From positions 608,001 to 672,000 of the forward strand of contig CAWGMQ010000007.1 in the NCBI GenBank assembly GCA_963823665.1: a stretch of 64,000 nt of DNA, written 5' to 3'. This DNA is from an uncultured Planctomycetota bacterium. GTDB lineage: Bacteria; Planctomycetota; Planctomycetia; Isosphaerales; Isosphaeraceae. Each line of letters opens with the position of its first letter. Positions within the stretch are counted from its first letter, which is position 1. The notes beneath the pieces are model-generated. The model made no database searches. It was not told the origin of the DNA and was given only the letters and a program-made list of their open reading frames with translations. The position numbers were made by a program, and so were the translations under genes. This document shows, in pieces, positions 32,844-43,036 of this stretch.

Positions 32844-34091
32844 ATGAACCTCAATGCCTCTGTAACAATACGCGACCAGATCGACGATCTCTACCGCTCC
32901 GACTCGCGTCGCGTGTTCGCTTCACTCGTCCGATTGCTGAACGATTTTGATCTGGCGGACGATGCGATGCACGAGGCGTACGCAGCCGCCATGGAGACTT
33001 GGCAACGAGACGGAGTGCCGGCAAATCCGAGATCGTGGTTGATCTCCACGGGAAAATTCAAGGCGATCAATGCGCTTCGTCGGCAGGGCCGCCTGAAGGC
33101 ACTAGAGCCCGAAATCGCTTCGCGAGTAGACGAAGTGGCCGATGAAAATGCGGCCCGGGCCGCCACGGAGATCGAAGACGATCGATTGCGTCTGATCTTC
33201 ACCTGTTGTCATCCCGCCATCGACCCAAAGCTGCAGGTGCCGCTCACGCTTCGCGAGGTCTGCGGACTGACGACCGAGGAGATCGCCCACGCGTTCTTGA
33301 CTTCCAAGGCAACGATGGCCCAGCGAATCGTACGCGGCAAGGCCAAGATTCGTGATGAACAAATTCCCTATGTCGTTCCGTCTCTGGCGGACCTGCCCGA
33401 ACGGCTGGACGCGGTACTTTCCGCCATCTATTTGGTGTTTAACGAAGGATATGCGGCCTCGCAGGGCGGTTCGCTCTTACGGGTTGATTTAACAGCCGAG
33501 GCCATTCGGCTGGGCCGGTTACTTCTCGAGTTGCTTCCCGATCCGGAGGCCAAGGGGCTGCTGGCCTTGATGCTGCTCCACGAATCGCGCAGGCAAGCAC
33601 GTGTTTCCCAAGACGGTGAAATCATTCTGCTTGAAGAGCAAGACCGCTCCCGTTGGGACTATCAAATGATTTCCGAAGGCACGGCACTCGTGGAGCAAGC
33701 CCTTCGGTCGCGTCGATTTGGTGCGTACACGCTCCAGGCTGCCGTTTCGGTAATTCATGCCCAGGCCGGCACCGCCGCCCAGACGGACTGGAATCAGATT
33801 GTCGTGCTTTACTCCGCACTGCTGAGCATCGATTCATCGCCGGTCGTCGAACTCAATCGGGCCGTCGCGGTAGCGATGCGGGACGGACCGGAAGCGGGGC
33901 TGGTCCTGATCGATGCGATTCTAAAACGCGGGGACTTGGTGGACTATCACCGTGCCCACGCGGCCCGAGCGGAGCTGTGCCGGCGCTCCGGAAAATTGTC
34001 CGACGCGAAGAACTCGTATGAGCGAGCATTATCGTTGGCCCGGCAGGAACCCGAGCGGCGATTTTTGACTCGGCGACTGTCCGAAATCTAA
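32844..34091 (+). CDS. ECF sigma factor with C-terminal TPR extension (ECF42-like)
   Basis: DDRLRLIFTCCHPA, TMAQRIVRGKAKI, IYLVFNEGY, TDWNQIVVLY, SPVVELNRAVA. Confidence 0.92.
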   Translation: MNLNASVTIRDQIDDLYRSDSRRVFASLVRLLNDFDLADDAMHEAYAAAMETWQRDGVPANPRSWLISTGKFKAINALRRQGRLKALEPEIASRVDEVADENAARAATEIEDDRLRLIFTCCHPAIDPKLQVPLTLREVCGLTTEEIAHAFLTSKATMAQRIVRGKAKIRDEQIPYVVPSLADLPERLDAVLSAIYLVFNEGYAASQGGSLLRVDLTAEAIRLGRLLLELLPDPEAKGLLALMLLHESRRQARVSQDGEIILLEEQDRSRWDYQMISEGTALVEQALRSRRFGAYTLQAAVSVIHAQAGTAAQTDWNQIVVLYSALLSIDSSPVVELNRAVAVAMRDGPEAGLVLIDAILKRGDLVDYHRAHAARAELCRRSGKLSDAKNSYERALSLARQEPERRFLTRRLSEI

Positions 34092-34158
34092 TTCTCGCCC
34101 GCAATTTATTCTGTGAAATGTAAAGGAAAAAGATTTCTGGCGAAATCTTGGGGACCGT

Positions 34159-34187
34159 TGTCGATTTGTGGAATTCTCGTTTGACTA
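34159..34187 (+). promoter_or_regulatory. Putative ECF42-type promoter of the YCII gene
   Basis: TGTCGA (-35), 17 nt, then TGAC (near the CGAC -10 element), ~70 bp upstream of the DGPF gene. Confidence 0.55.
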
Positions 34188-34254
34188 CTGTGTGAAAGTC
34201 GGAAAATGATTGACTTCCATCGCATTCCCATCCACCAAGTTCAGGAGTTCCGTC

Positions 34255-34704
34255 ATGAAAGTCATGGTGATCGTCAAAGCGTCAAAGGCGTCAGAAGCGG
34301 GCGACATGGGGTCCCCCGAAATGTTCGCGGCCATGGACAAGTTCAACGAAGAATTGATCAATGCCGGAATCATGCTCGATGGTACGGGACTGACGCCAAC
34401 TTCTCGCGGCGCCCGTGTTCGGTTCTCCGGCTCAAATCGCACCGTCACCGACGGGCCATTCGCTGAGACGACGGAACTAATCGCCGGGTTCATGATCTGG
34501 AAGGTCTCTTCACTGCAAGAAGCGATTGACTGGGTGAAGAAATGCCCGAACCCGATGATTGAAGACTCCGAAATCGAAATTCGCCCGTTACTTGAACCTG
34601 ATGACTTCGCCGGGCTGGTCACCCCCGAGCGGCTGGAAGAAGTTAAAGAACTGGAAGCCCGCTCGGCGAATCGTGACGGTTACGGCTTGGCCCGTTTTAA
34701 ATAA
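34255..34704 (+). CDS. YCII/DGPF family protein
   Basis: MKVMVIVKAS...VTDGPFAETTELIAGF...EIEIRP; AGGAG RBS. Confidence 0.92.
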   Translation: MKVMVIVKASKASEAGDMGSPEMFAAMDKFNEELINAGIMLDGTGLTPTSRGARVRFSGSNRTVTDGPFAETTELIAGFMIWKVSSLQEAIDWVKKCPNPMIEDSEIEIRPLLEPDDFAGLVTPERLEEVKELEARSANRDGYGLARFK

Positions 34705-34771
34705 TGAATGAGAGCTTCGCAGCGTGAAGGCCGAGCGAATCCAGCAGGGCAGTCCTTGAACGGAGAGTCGC

Positions 34772-34903
34772 ATGAAATACGTCTGTTTAGGGTTCTTCGA
34801 CGAGGCGGCGTTTGCTCAGATTCCGCAGGCAGACGCGCAGAGAATAATGGAGGAATGCTTTGCCGGGGCGCGTCCATCGCTGGCTGGAACCGCGATTGAA
34901 TAA
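34772..34903 (+). pseudogene. Truncated second YCII-family gene (N-terminus only)
   Basis: GGAGAG RBS plus MKYVCLGFFDEAAFAQIPQADAQRIMEECFA, then unrelated sequence and a stop. Confidence 0.6.
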
Positions 34904-35000
34904 CGCGACCGCTCAAACACAAAACAAATGATAGCATCTTTGGCCAAATTCATTGATTGGTCAGTTCTCCAGGTGGTATACGCCATCGCGCTGAGAACTG

Positions 35001-35086
35001 TTGTCTGGACCTCGTAGCACCGAGCAACGTTGAATTCCTCGACGAGCGTGCAATAGTTCAGGAACGATCGTTTGGATCTGGTCCGT
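35001..35086. repeat. ~87-bp direct repeat, copy 2, fused to a tRNA 3' half
   Basis: Aligns with 32541-32626. Confidence 0.9.
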
Positions 35087-35119
35087 GAGGTCGTGGGTTC
35101 AAATCCCGTCGCCCCGACT
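35080..35119 (+). other. 3' half of a tRNA (Pro-like); att-site remnant, not a full tRNA
   Basis: GGTCCGTGAGGTCGTGGGTTCAAATCCCGTCGCCCCGAC: variable loop AGGTC, T-loop TTCAAAT, acceptor 3' strand CGCCCCG-A; no D-arm or 5' acceptor strand upstream. Confidence 0.75.
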
Positions 35120-35128
35120 TGAAATGCA

Positions 35129-35162
35129 AACAGCTCGCCACATTCATTTGTGGCGAGCTGTT
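35129..35162. terminator. Perfect 14-bp hairpin after the tRNA fragment
   Basis: AACAGCTCGCCACA-ttcatt-TGTGGCGAGCTGTT. Confidence 0.7.
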
Positions 35163-35376
35163 AGTCTTTGGTTAGCTGCCGGTTGCGGCGTCCTGTCGGG
35201 TTATTCCGGGGGTTTCGAAAAATTGCGTCAACTTCGCCGTTCTCGATCATCGTCTTCGTTGACCCATTACCTGCCAACGACTTATCAAGTTCAAATCTCG
35301 TCGCCGCGTTTGCGCCGAAACCACATCGCTGACGTGACGGCTCTGACGTGTGTGCCGTGCGATCTGACTGCGCCGC

Positions 35377-37146
35377 TCATGCTGAGTCGCCACCGTGCCG
35401 GCGCAAAACCTCTGCCAGATCCCCGCGGCCCTTTTGCAGCATCTGGTCGGCGGGAGTGCGGCCTTCGTTGTCCTTGGCGCTCGTGTCGGCGCCGTGGGCG
35501 ATGAGAAGCTCGATGATCTGGGCGCCGTGCTGTGTGTCCCTGTACGGGTAGTGCAGGGGAGTGCGTCCGTCTTTGTCTCGGACGCGCACGCACTCAGGAT
35601 TCTCACGCAGCAACGCGCGGACTCGATCGAGTCCTCCGTACTTGACGGCGTCGCAGATCGGCGCGAACTGAAGCAGATACTCAACGACGTGCCGATGGCC
35701 CTTGTAGTTTGCGGTGCCCAGCGGCGGGGAGTCGTAGAAAGGGTTGCGGGCGTGCAGGTCCGCGCCGAGTTCGACGAGCAATTTGACGGTGTCCAGGTGA
35801 CCGCCACGAGCGGCGCACCACAACGGCGATTCACCGCCCGCCTTGCCGTTGACGCTGGCGCCCACTTCCACCAACGAGCGAACACTGTTCGCACAGCCTC
35901 CTTCGGCGAGCTCGGTGAGGAGTCCCTCCGCGTCCTTCAGGAGCGACGGATCGCTCGCGACGAGTACACGGACGCGATCCGCGTCGTCTCGGTAGCAGGC
36001 TATGTGAAATTCCTCCGTCTTACTGAGAGTGATCGCGATTCGCTTCGCTCCCTTGGCGACAAGATAGTCGGCGATTTGCTGATGACCGCCGTAGACGGCT
36101 TCCGCATACGGCGTTCGCCCGCGGTCTGGATGGTTAACGTCCACGCCGTTCTCGACGAGCAGTTTGACGCGGTCAAAATAGTTCGCGCCAACCGCCCAGC
36201 GCAACTGATAGGCGAGAATGTCCGCCGGGCTGCGCGCCGCATCGGCGTACGGCCAGTGCTGCCAGAACCGCTTGAACCATGGCCCGCCCTGATCCTTGCC
36301 CAGGCCATATTCGAAGAGCAGCTTCAAGTGGTCGTCGTTCGGTTGTTGCATGCGGTTGTAGAGTCCCTGGTTGTCGTTGGGGTCGGCGCCCGCTTCGAGC
36401 AGGAGCCGCGCGAACTCGACCCAGTGTTGATGCGGCGGCTGCCACAACGGCCCTTCGCCACGACCCGCGTCGTCCTCGCCCAGGCCGAGCACTCCCGAGA
36501 GCGCTGTAAGGACGTAGCCCCCCTCCCACAGGAAGCCCGCGTTCGGGTCGGCGCCATGCTCGATCAACAGCCGCCCTGCTTCTAACGTCGAGTGCCCTTC
36601 CGCTTCGCTGTCGAGTCGTGAGTACGCCGCGTATAGCAGCGGTTCCCAATCGAACGGCCCCCCTTTCGCATGCACGTCGGCCTTCTTCGCCAGGAAGTCG
36701 GCAACCGCCGCGACGTCGCCAACCGCCGCCGCGGTGTAAATGTTGGCCTTCGCGAGGTGCGGCTTTTCGGCGAAGAGCTGCCGCGCCCTCACACGCCGCG
36801 AAGGATGATCGTCGTCGAAATAAGTGATGCACGCCAGGCGCAGGAGCCTGTTCGCATCGTCAGCAGACTTTGGGTCGAGCGGGCGCCAGTAGGGCTGGAT
36901 CGTCTGGACGTAACTCTTCAGCTTCTGCCAGTTGGTGAAGCCGTAGCTTCTGGCGAGCACACGCTGCGCGTCATGCAGCGCGAACGCAGTCGGGTCGGGC
37001 GCCTGTTCGTGCCGCTGGACTTCGGCGACTGCGTTGGCGTCGCCGGCACGGTAGGCTTTGAGCAGCTCCTTCGCCTGGCGCTTGAACTGGTTGAAGTCCG
37101 GCCGGTAGGGCCACTGGCGATCGAAGGAGAAAGTCGAATCGGACAC
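35377..37146 (-). CDS. Ankyrin-repeat protein with N-terminal 'KRQAKELL...L.DAQ...AR.YGF..W.KLK' domain
   Basis: Multiple ankyrin repeats (LLIEHGADPNA, GRTPLH, LIAHGAD); AAAGGAGG RBS before GTG. Confidence 0.9.
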   Translation of the reverse strand: MSDSTFSFDRQWPYRPDFNQFKRQAKELLKAYRAGDANAVAEVQRHEQAPDPTAFALHDAQRVLARSYGFTNWQKLKSYVQTIQPYWRPLDPKSADDANRLLRLACITYFDDDHPSRRVRARQLFAEKPHLAKANIYTAAAVGDVAAVADFLAKKADVHAKGGPFDWEPLLYAAYSRLDSEAEGHSTLEAGRLLIEHGADPNAGFLWEGGYVLTALSGVLGLGEDDAGRGEGPLWQPPHQHWVEFARLLLEAGADPNDNQGLYNRMQQPNDDHLKLLFEYGLGKDQGGPWFKRFWQHWPYADAARSPADILAYQLRWAVGANYFDRVKLLVENGVDVNHPDRGRTPYAEAVYGGHQQIADYLVAKGAKRIAITLSKTEEFHIACYRDDADRVRVLVASDPSLLKDAEGLLTELAEGGCANSVRSLVEVGASVNGKAGGESPLWCAARGGHLDTVKLLVELGADLHARNPFYDSPPLGTANYKGHRHVVEYLLQFAPICDAVKYGGLDRVRALLRENPECVRVRDKDGRTPLHYPYRDTQHGAQIIELLIAHGADTSAKDNEGRTPADQMLQKGRGDLAEVLRRHGGDSA

Positions 37147-37284
37147 AACGACCTCCTTTCATGGCGCCCGGTGTCCGCGTCACGGGCTGAAAGAAGGTTC
37201 GTCAGCCGAAGTGCAGTCGCTTCGTCGATCGCAGTCGGGTGGACTCAGTCCTCTCCGCGGACACGGCAGCGCCCCGATACGCTA
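37147..37284 (-). ncRNA. Putative structured 5' leader (cis-regulatory RNA) of the ankyrin gene
   Basis: Long-range stems GGCGC/GCGCC and GTGTCCGCG/CGCGGACAC enclose hairpins CGAAG/CTTCG and GGCTGA/TCAGCC and close just before the SD. Confidence 0.5.
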
Positions 37285-37290
37285 CCGAAC

Positions 37291-37319
37291 AGCTTACGTG
37301 TCTTGATGCCCCGGGTCAA
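37291..37319 (-). promoter_or_regulatory. Sigma70-type promoter of the ankyrin gene
   Basis: TTGACC (37319-37314), 17-bp spacer, TAAGCT (37296-37291). Confidence 0.6.
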
Positions 37320-37659
37320 TCGTCGCAAGTGCTTTGGCAGCGCAGATCAAGTCCGCTGGCAGCAGGTGACGCTGGCGAGAAAAAGTTCTAACGGTGTCCT
37401 GTCGCCCCGACTATCTTTTCGGCACAAGCCAATCGTCGTTTCGACGGCTGACTTTTTGCCTGGAATCACCGGCCTTTCACCCGGCAAGACGAGTTCAAAC
37501 GGCGTCCTGTTCTTTGAGGGTTACTGGAGCAAGATTGCCGCAAGTCGTTTCCCAACCTGGGATTTTCATGGTTCAAACGAGGGCTTCCCGATGACTTGGG
37601 AAGTCGGCTCCGATAGAATCAGCCTCGTTTCAATGGAATGGCGGAAATGACAGGCTTTC

Positions 37660-40600
37660 TTGCGGGAAACGACTGCCAACGTGAACGACTCAAATCCTCA
37701 CGATGTGACGCAGGACCATCAGGGAAATCCGATCCAGAACGATGAAGGTTCGCCTGCCAAACATCCTCAGCGGATCGGTCGCTACCGTATCGAGACGGTG
37801 CTGGGCAAGGGGGGCTTCGGTCTCGTCTATCTGGCCCAGGACGAGCAACTGAATCGGCCGGTCGCCGTCAAGGTGCCGCACGCCAAGCTGATCTCGAAGC
37901 CCGAAGATGCCGAGGCATATCTGGCTGAGGCTCGCACGGTCGCCAATCTCGATCATCCCCACATTGTTGCAGTCTACGATGTCGGCAGCACAGTGGACTG
38001 TCCCTGCTACGTCGTTTCGAAATACATCCAAGGGACCGACCTCGCTACAAAGCTGAAGCAGCAGCGACTCCAGTACCGGGAAGCGGCTGAACTGGTCGCC
38101 ACCGTCGCTGACGCTCTGCACTACGCCCACAAGCAGGGACTCGTCCACAGAGATGTGAAGCCGGGCAACATCCTGATCGGCAACGACGGCAAGCCCTATG
38201 TCGTGGATTTTGGGCTGGCACTCCGAGAAGAAAACGTCGGCAAGGGACCGAAGTACGCCGGGACGCCGGCCTACATGAGTCCTGAACAGGCCCGTGGCGA
38301 AGGGCATCGGGTCGATGGCCGGTCAGACATTTTCAGTCTGGGCGTCGTGTTCTACGAGTTGTTGGCCGGTCGCCAGCCGTTCCGGGGTGACACGCAGGCA
38401 GAACTGCTGGAACAGGTGACGACTTACGAGCCACGTCCCCTTTTGCAATATGACGAAAAGCTACCGAAAGAACTGCAACGAATTTGCCTGAAGGCGATGT
38501 CCAAGCGAGCTTCGGAGCGTTACTCCTCGGCTCATGAATTGGCCGAAGACCTGCGGCACTTCTTGCATGAACAAACAGTCATCCAGAGTGGCACGCTTCC
38601 AGGTGGGATTGCCGGGGTGGCTTCGGAGACGTCCGCTTTGCAAGCTGCGTCCACATCGGTTGGTTCGATGGCGGTATCCCGTGCCTTGACGGGAACAGGG
38701 TCATCCGACATCCAGCCCATCAAGATCGTGCCGAAAGGCTTGCGGTCGTTTGACGCTCACGACGCCGACTTCTTTTTGGAACTTCTCCCCGGTCCCCGTG
38801 ATCGTGAGGGACTGCCGGACAGTCTGCGGTTCTGGAAGACCCGCATCGAAGAAACCGACGCTGACAACACCTTCACGGTGGGGTTGATCTACGGGCCGTC
38901 GGGCTGTGGCAAGTCGTCGCTGGTCAAAGCAGGACTGTTGCCTCGGCTGTCGGAAGACGTGATCGCCGTTTACATCGAGGCTACACCGGAAGAAACCGAA
39001 ACTCGCCTGCTGCATGGCTTGCGAAAGCGATGTCCCGCTCTGGAAGACAACCTGAGCCTCAAAGCAACACTGGCGGCATTGCGGCGAGGGCAAGGCATCC
39101 CGGTTGGCAAGAAGGTGCTGATCGTTCTGGATCAGTTCGAGCAATGGCTGCACGCCAGGAAGGAAGAAGAAAACACGGACTTGGTGCAAGCCCTGCGGCA
39201 GTGCGATGGCGGCCGGGTACAGTGCATCGTCATGGTGCGCGATGACTTCTGGATGGCGGCGACCCGTTTCATGCGGGAGTTGGAGATTCGACTTCTTGAA
39301 GGCCAGAACTCTGCGGCGGTCGATCTCTTCGACATGGATCACGCCCGGAAGGTATTGGCGGCTTTCGGGCGTGCCTTCGGCAAACTGCCAGAGAACGCCA
39401 GCGAAACAGAGAAGGAGCAAAAGGAGTTCCTTAAGCAGGCCGTGTCCGGCTTGGCTCAGGAAGGCAAAGTCATCTCCGTCCGGCTGGCCCTGTTTGCGGA
39501 GATGATGAAGGGCAAGGCATGGACCCCGGCCTCCTTGAAAGCCGTGGGTGGAACCGAAGGCGTCGGCATCACCTTCCTTGAGGAAACCTTCAGTGCAGCC
39601 ACGGCTCCTCCGGAACACCGCTACCACCAGAAAGCAGCCCGTGCCGACCTGAAAGTGCTGTTGCCGGAAACCGGCAGCGACATCAAGGGCCACATGCGCT
39701 CGTACGCCGAACTGCTGGAAGCAAGTGGCTACGGAAGTCGTCCCAGGGACTTCGATGACCTGATCCGCATTCTCGACAACGAAATTCGCCTCATCACGCC
39801 GACCGACCCCGAAGGCAAGGAGACAGGCGGCGACTCCGTTCTCCAGACGAAGCCGGGCCAGAAATACTACCAACTGACCCACGATTATCTGGTTCACTCG
39901 ATACGGGAGTGGCTGACGCGCAAGCAGAAAGAAACTCGGCGAGGCCGGGCGGAACTGCTGCTGGCGGATCGAGCGGCGGTATGGAATGCCCGCCCGGAGA
40001 ACCGGCAACTGCCGTCTCTGCTGCAATGGTTGCAAATCGGCTGGCTGACGCAGAAGAAGAACTGGACTTCGCCGCAGCGGAAGATGATGCGGCGGGCACG
40101 CTGGTATCATGTCGTGCGCGAGCTGGCTGCCGTCGCTATGCTGCTCATTCTGGTGGTGACGGGCCTGCTGGTTCGCAACAGCGTGGTCGAGCAGCAGAAG
40201 GCAACCCATGCCGAAGGTCTGGTGCATCGGCTACTCGATGCCGACATCGCCCAGGTGCCAGGGATCGTCTCGGAAATCGAGCCAAACCGACAATGGGCCG
40301 ACCGTCTGCTCCGGGATGAAAATGATAAGGCAGCCGCCAACTCCAGGGAGAAACTGCACGCCAGCCTCGCCTTGCTGCCCGTGGACCCCGGCCAGGTGGA
40401 CTATCTCTACGGTCGGCTGCTCGGCGCTGCTCCGAACGAAGTGCCGGTGATTCGAGATGCCCTGGCTCCGCACAAAGACGCCTTACTCGACAAACTGTGG
40501 GCCGTCGTGGAAACACTGGAGAAGGGCAAGGAATCGCAACGGCTGCGAGCGGCGGCGGCGTTGGCGAAGTACGACGCTGAGAGTGAAAAGTGGGCGACCG

Positions 40601-42257
40601 TTCAAGAGGCTGTAGGCAACGATCTGGTGGCAGTGCCTGCCTTGCACTTGTCCTTGTGGATGGAATCGCTGCGTCCAGTGCGAACGAATTTGCTCCCGCA
40701 ATTGTCGGCTGTCTATCGAGATTCCGGTCGCCGGGAAACCGAGCGATCCTTGGCAACTGACATCTTGGCCGACTACGCTGCCGACAATCCGCAAGTGCTG
40801 GCCGATCTGCTCATGGATGCCGACGACAAGCAGTTCGCCGCGATCTATCCGAAGTTCAAGGACCGCAGCGAGCAGGGCTTGCCGCTGTTGACCGGCGAGA
40901 TCAACAAGAAGCTCCCGTCCGACCTGCCATCCTCGGATGAACAACGGGAAACGCTGGCGAAGCGGCAGGCGAATGCGGCGGTGGCGCTGCTGCAGGATGA
41001 GCCAGCCGGAGAAGGTCTGGCCGCTCTTGAAGCACTCTCCCGATCCGAGGCTGCGGAGCTACCTGATCCATCGGCTGAGTCCGATGGGTGCAGACGCCGA
41101 GGCGCTCATCAAGCGATTGCACGAGGAACCGGACATCACGATTCGCCGGGCGTTGCTCCTGAGCTTGGGAGAGTTCAACGAAAAGGAACTGCCACCTGCC
41201 AGCGGCACATCCCTGCTGCCGACGTTACAGACAATCTACCGCACCGACGCTGATCCTGGCCTTCATGCGGCGGCGGAATGGCTGCTGAGGACATGGAAAC
41301 AGGAAGCGTGGCTGAACCAGGTGAATGAGGAATGGGCAAAGGACAAGGAGCAGCAGGCAAAGCGTCTGCAAGGCATCCAGCAGCAACTCAAGGCGAGCAG
41401 AGCGGCGTCAGCCCCCGGAATACCGCCGCAGTGGTACGTCAACGGTCAGGGTCAGACGATGGTGGTGATCCCCGGCCCGGTGGAGTTCGTGATGGGATCG
41501 CCGACGAGCGAAGCCGGGCGTGTGCCCAATGAAAATCAACACCGGCGGCGCATCGGTCGGACGTTTGCTCTGGCAGTGAAGTCTGTGACGTTGGCGGAAT
41601 ACCAGCGCTTTGATCCAGCCTACGGGACCGAAACCAAGCAATGGTCTCCGACCGGGGATTGCCCGGTGCTTGGCATATCCTGGTTTCAGGCAGCGGAATA
41701 CTGCAATTGGTTGAGCAAACAGGAGGGGTTGCCGGAGAGCGAATGGTGCTACGTACCGCTGCGAGGCCGCGCAAGACGGGCCGGAATACAAAGTGGGGAT
41801 GGAACTGGCGGCGAACTATCTAAAACGCAGCGGCTATCGTCTGCCTACGGAAACGGAGGTGGAATTTGCGACACGAGCGGGGTCGGTGACATCCCGATAC
41901 TACGGGGAGACGGAAGAGCTATTGCCGAAGTATGCGTGGTACAACAAGAACGGGCAGGACCGGGCTTGGCCGGTGGGGAGTAAGAAGCCGAATGATTTCG
42001 GCTTGTTCGACGTGCATGGCAATGTCTTCACCTGGTGCCAGGAGCGCATCCAAGCGTACCCCAACTCAAAGGAAAACGAGGCATATGATGATAAAGAAGA
42101 TGTACTAAGTATAAGTCTGGATAACCGGGTGTTGCGTGGCGGCTCATTCGCCGTTCAGGCGTCGATCGTGCGTTCTGCCTTCCGGAACGGGGTTGTGCCG
42201 ACGTATCGGAGCGACGGCGACGTCGGGTTGCGTCCGGCGAGGACTCTTACGCCTTGA
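37660..42257 (+). CDS. Ser/Thr kinase, nSTAND-type P-loop NTPase, TM and formylglycine-generating-enzyme (FGE/SUMF1) domain fusion; frameshifts near 40995 and 41765
   Basis: GKGGFG, HRDVKPGN, DFGLA; Walker A GPSGCGKSS, Walker B LIVLDQFE; FVMGSP, GYRLPTETEVEFA, PNDFGLFDVHGNVFTW, RVLRGGSF across three ORFs. Confidence 0.88.
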
Positions 42258-42290
42258 ACGCAACGGCGAAGTCGTTCTCGGGAGAACTCC

Positions 42291-42806
42291 GTGCCTGATT
42301 TTGAACATGGACTCGATTTTCGCAGTCTTGATGATGCCGTCGCCTATGCGCGACGGTGCCTGTCAGCGGGCTATGATCGGACCGGCAATTGGGACCTGGC
42401 TCAGACATGTCGCCATTTGACGGACTGGCTCCGTGCGCCGCTCGAAGGCCTGCCGCCCATGCCGTGGTTGATGAGGCTACCGATGGCGATCATTCGGCTC
42501 ACGTTGGGACCGAGAATTCTGAAACAGTTTCTGGGCAACCGCCGGCTCCCCGTCGGCATGGGTACAATCGACGCAACCGTCCATCCGCCAGAATCAAACG
42601 CGAATGCAGCGGTCTCAGCATTTGCCGCGATGGTGGCGCAATTCAATTCCCACACCGGCCCGCTCATGCGACCATCTCCATTGTTCAACAGGCTTGAGCG
42701 AGAGCAGACGCTGGACTTGCAGATCGTTCACTGCATGCACCACTTCGGTCGCCTCAAGCCGCACTCGGGAATTGTTGCGGACACAACAGAGGACCTCGCG
42801 CAATGA
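42291..42806 (+). CDS. DUF1569 family (DinB-like) protein
   Basis: LDFRSLDDAV, GNWDLAQTCRHL, SPLFNRL, HCMHHF. Confidence 0.8.
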   Translation: MPDFEHGLDFRSLDDAVAYARRCLSAGYDRTGNWDLAQTCRHLTDWLRAPLEGLPPMPWLMRLPMAIIRLTLGPRILKQFLGNRRLPVGMGTIDATVHPPESNANAAVSAFAAMVAQFNSHTGPLMRPSPLFNRLEREQTLDLQIVHCMHHFGRLKPHSGIVADTTEDLAQ

Positions 42807-43036
42807 GAGTGTGTTGAACGCCAATTCAAGAACTCACCCGGCGCAGGACACGGCTCGCGTCACGTGACCGCGAGGTTACCCTGGCCAACTGGACCTACGA
42901 GAGCCGCCATGTGCAGATACAGCTTCTTTATTGCTTTTGCGGTTTTGCATCGAGAAAGTCGTTCACCATCGGGACGATGACGGGCATGCGCTCACCGGTG
43001 GTGTTTGAGTAAGTCGGCGAGCAAGGGCAAAGCGAA

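Noticed and set aside
35040..35119. Complete tRNA gene
   Set aside because: Only the 3' half is present; the upstream sequence is the 87-bp repeat, with no D-arm or complementary 5' acceptor strand.
41440..42257. Diversity-generating retroelement target (FGE-type CLec fold)
   Set aside because: No reverse transcriptase and no template repeat differing at adenines is visible in the window.
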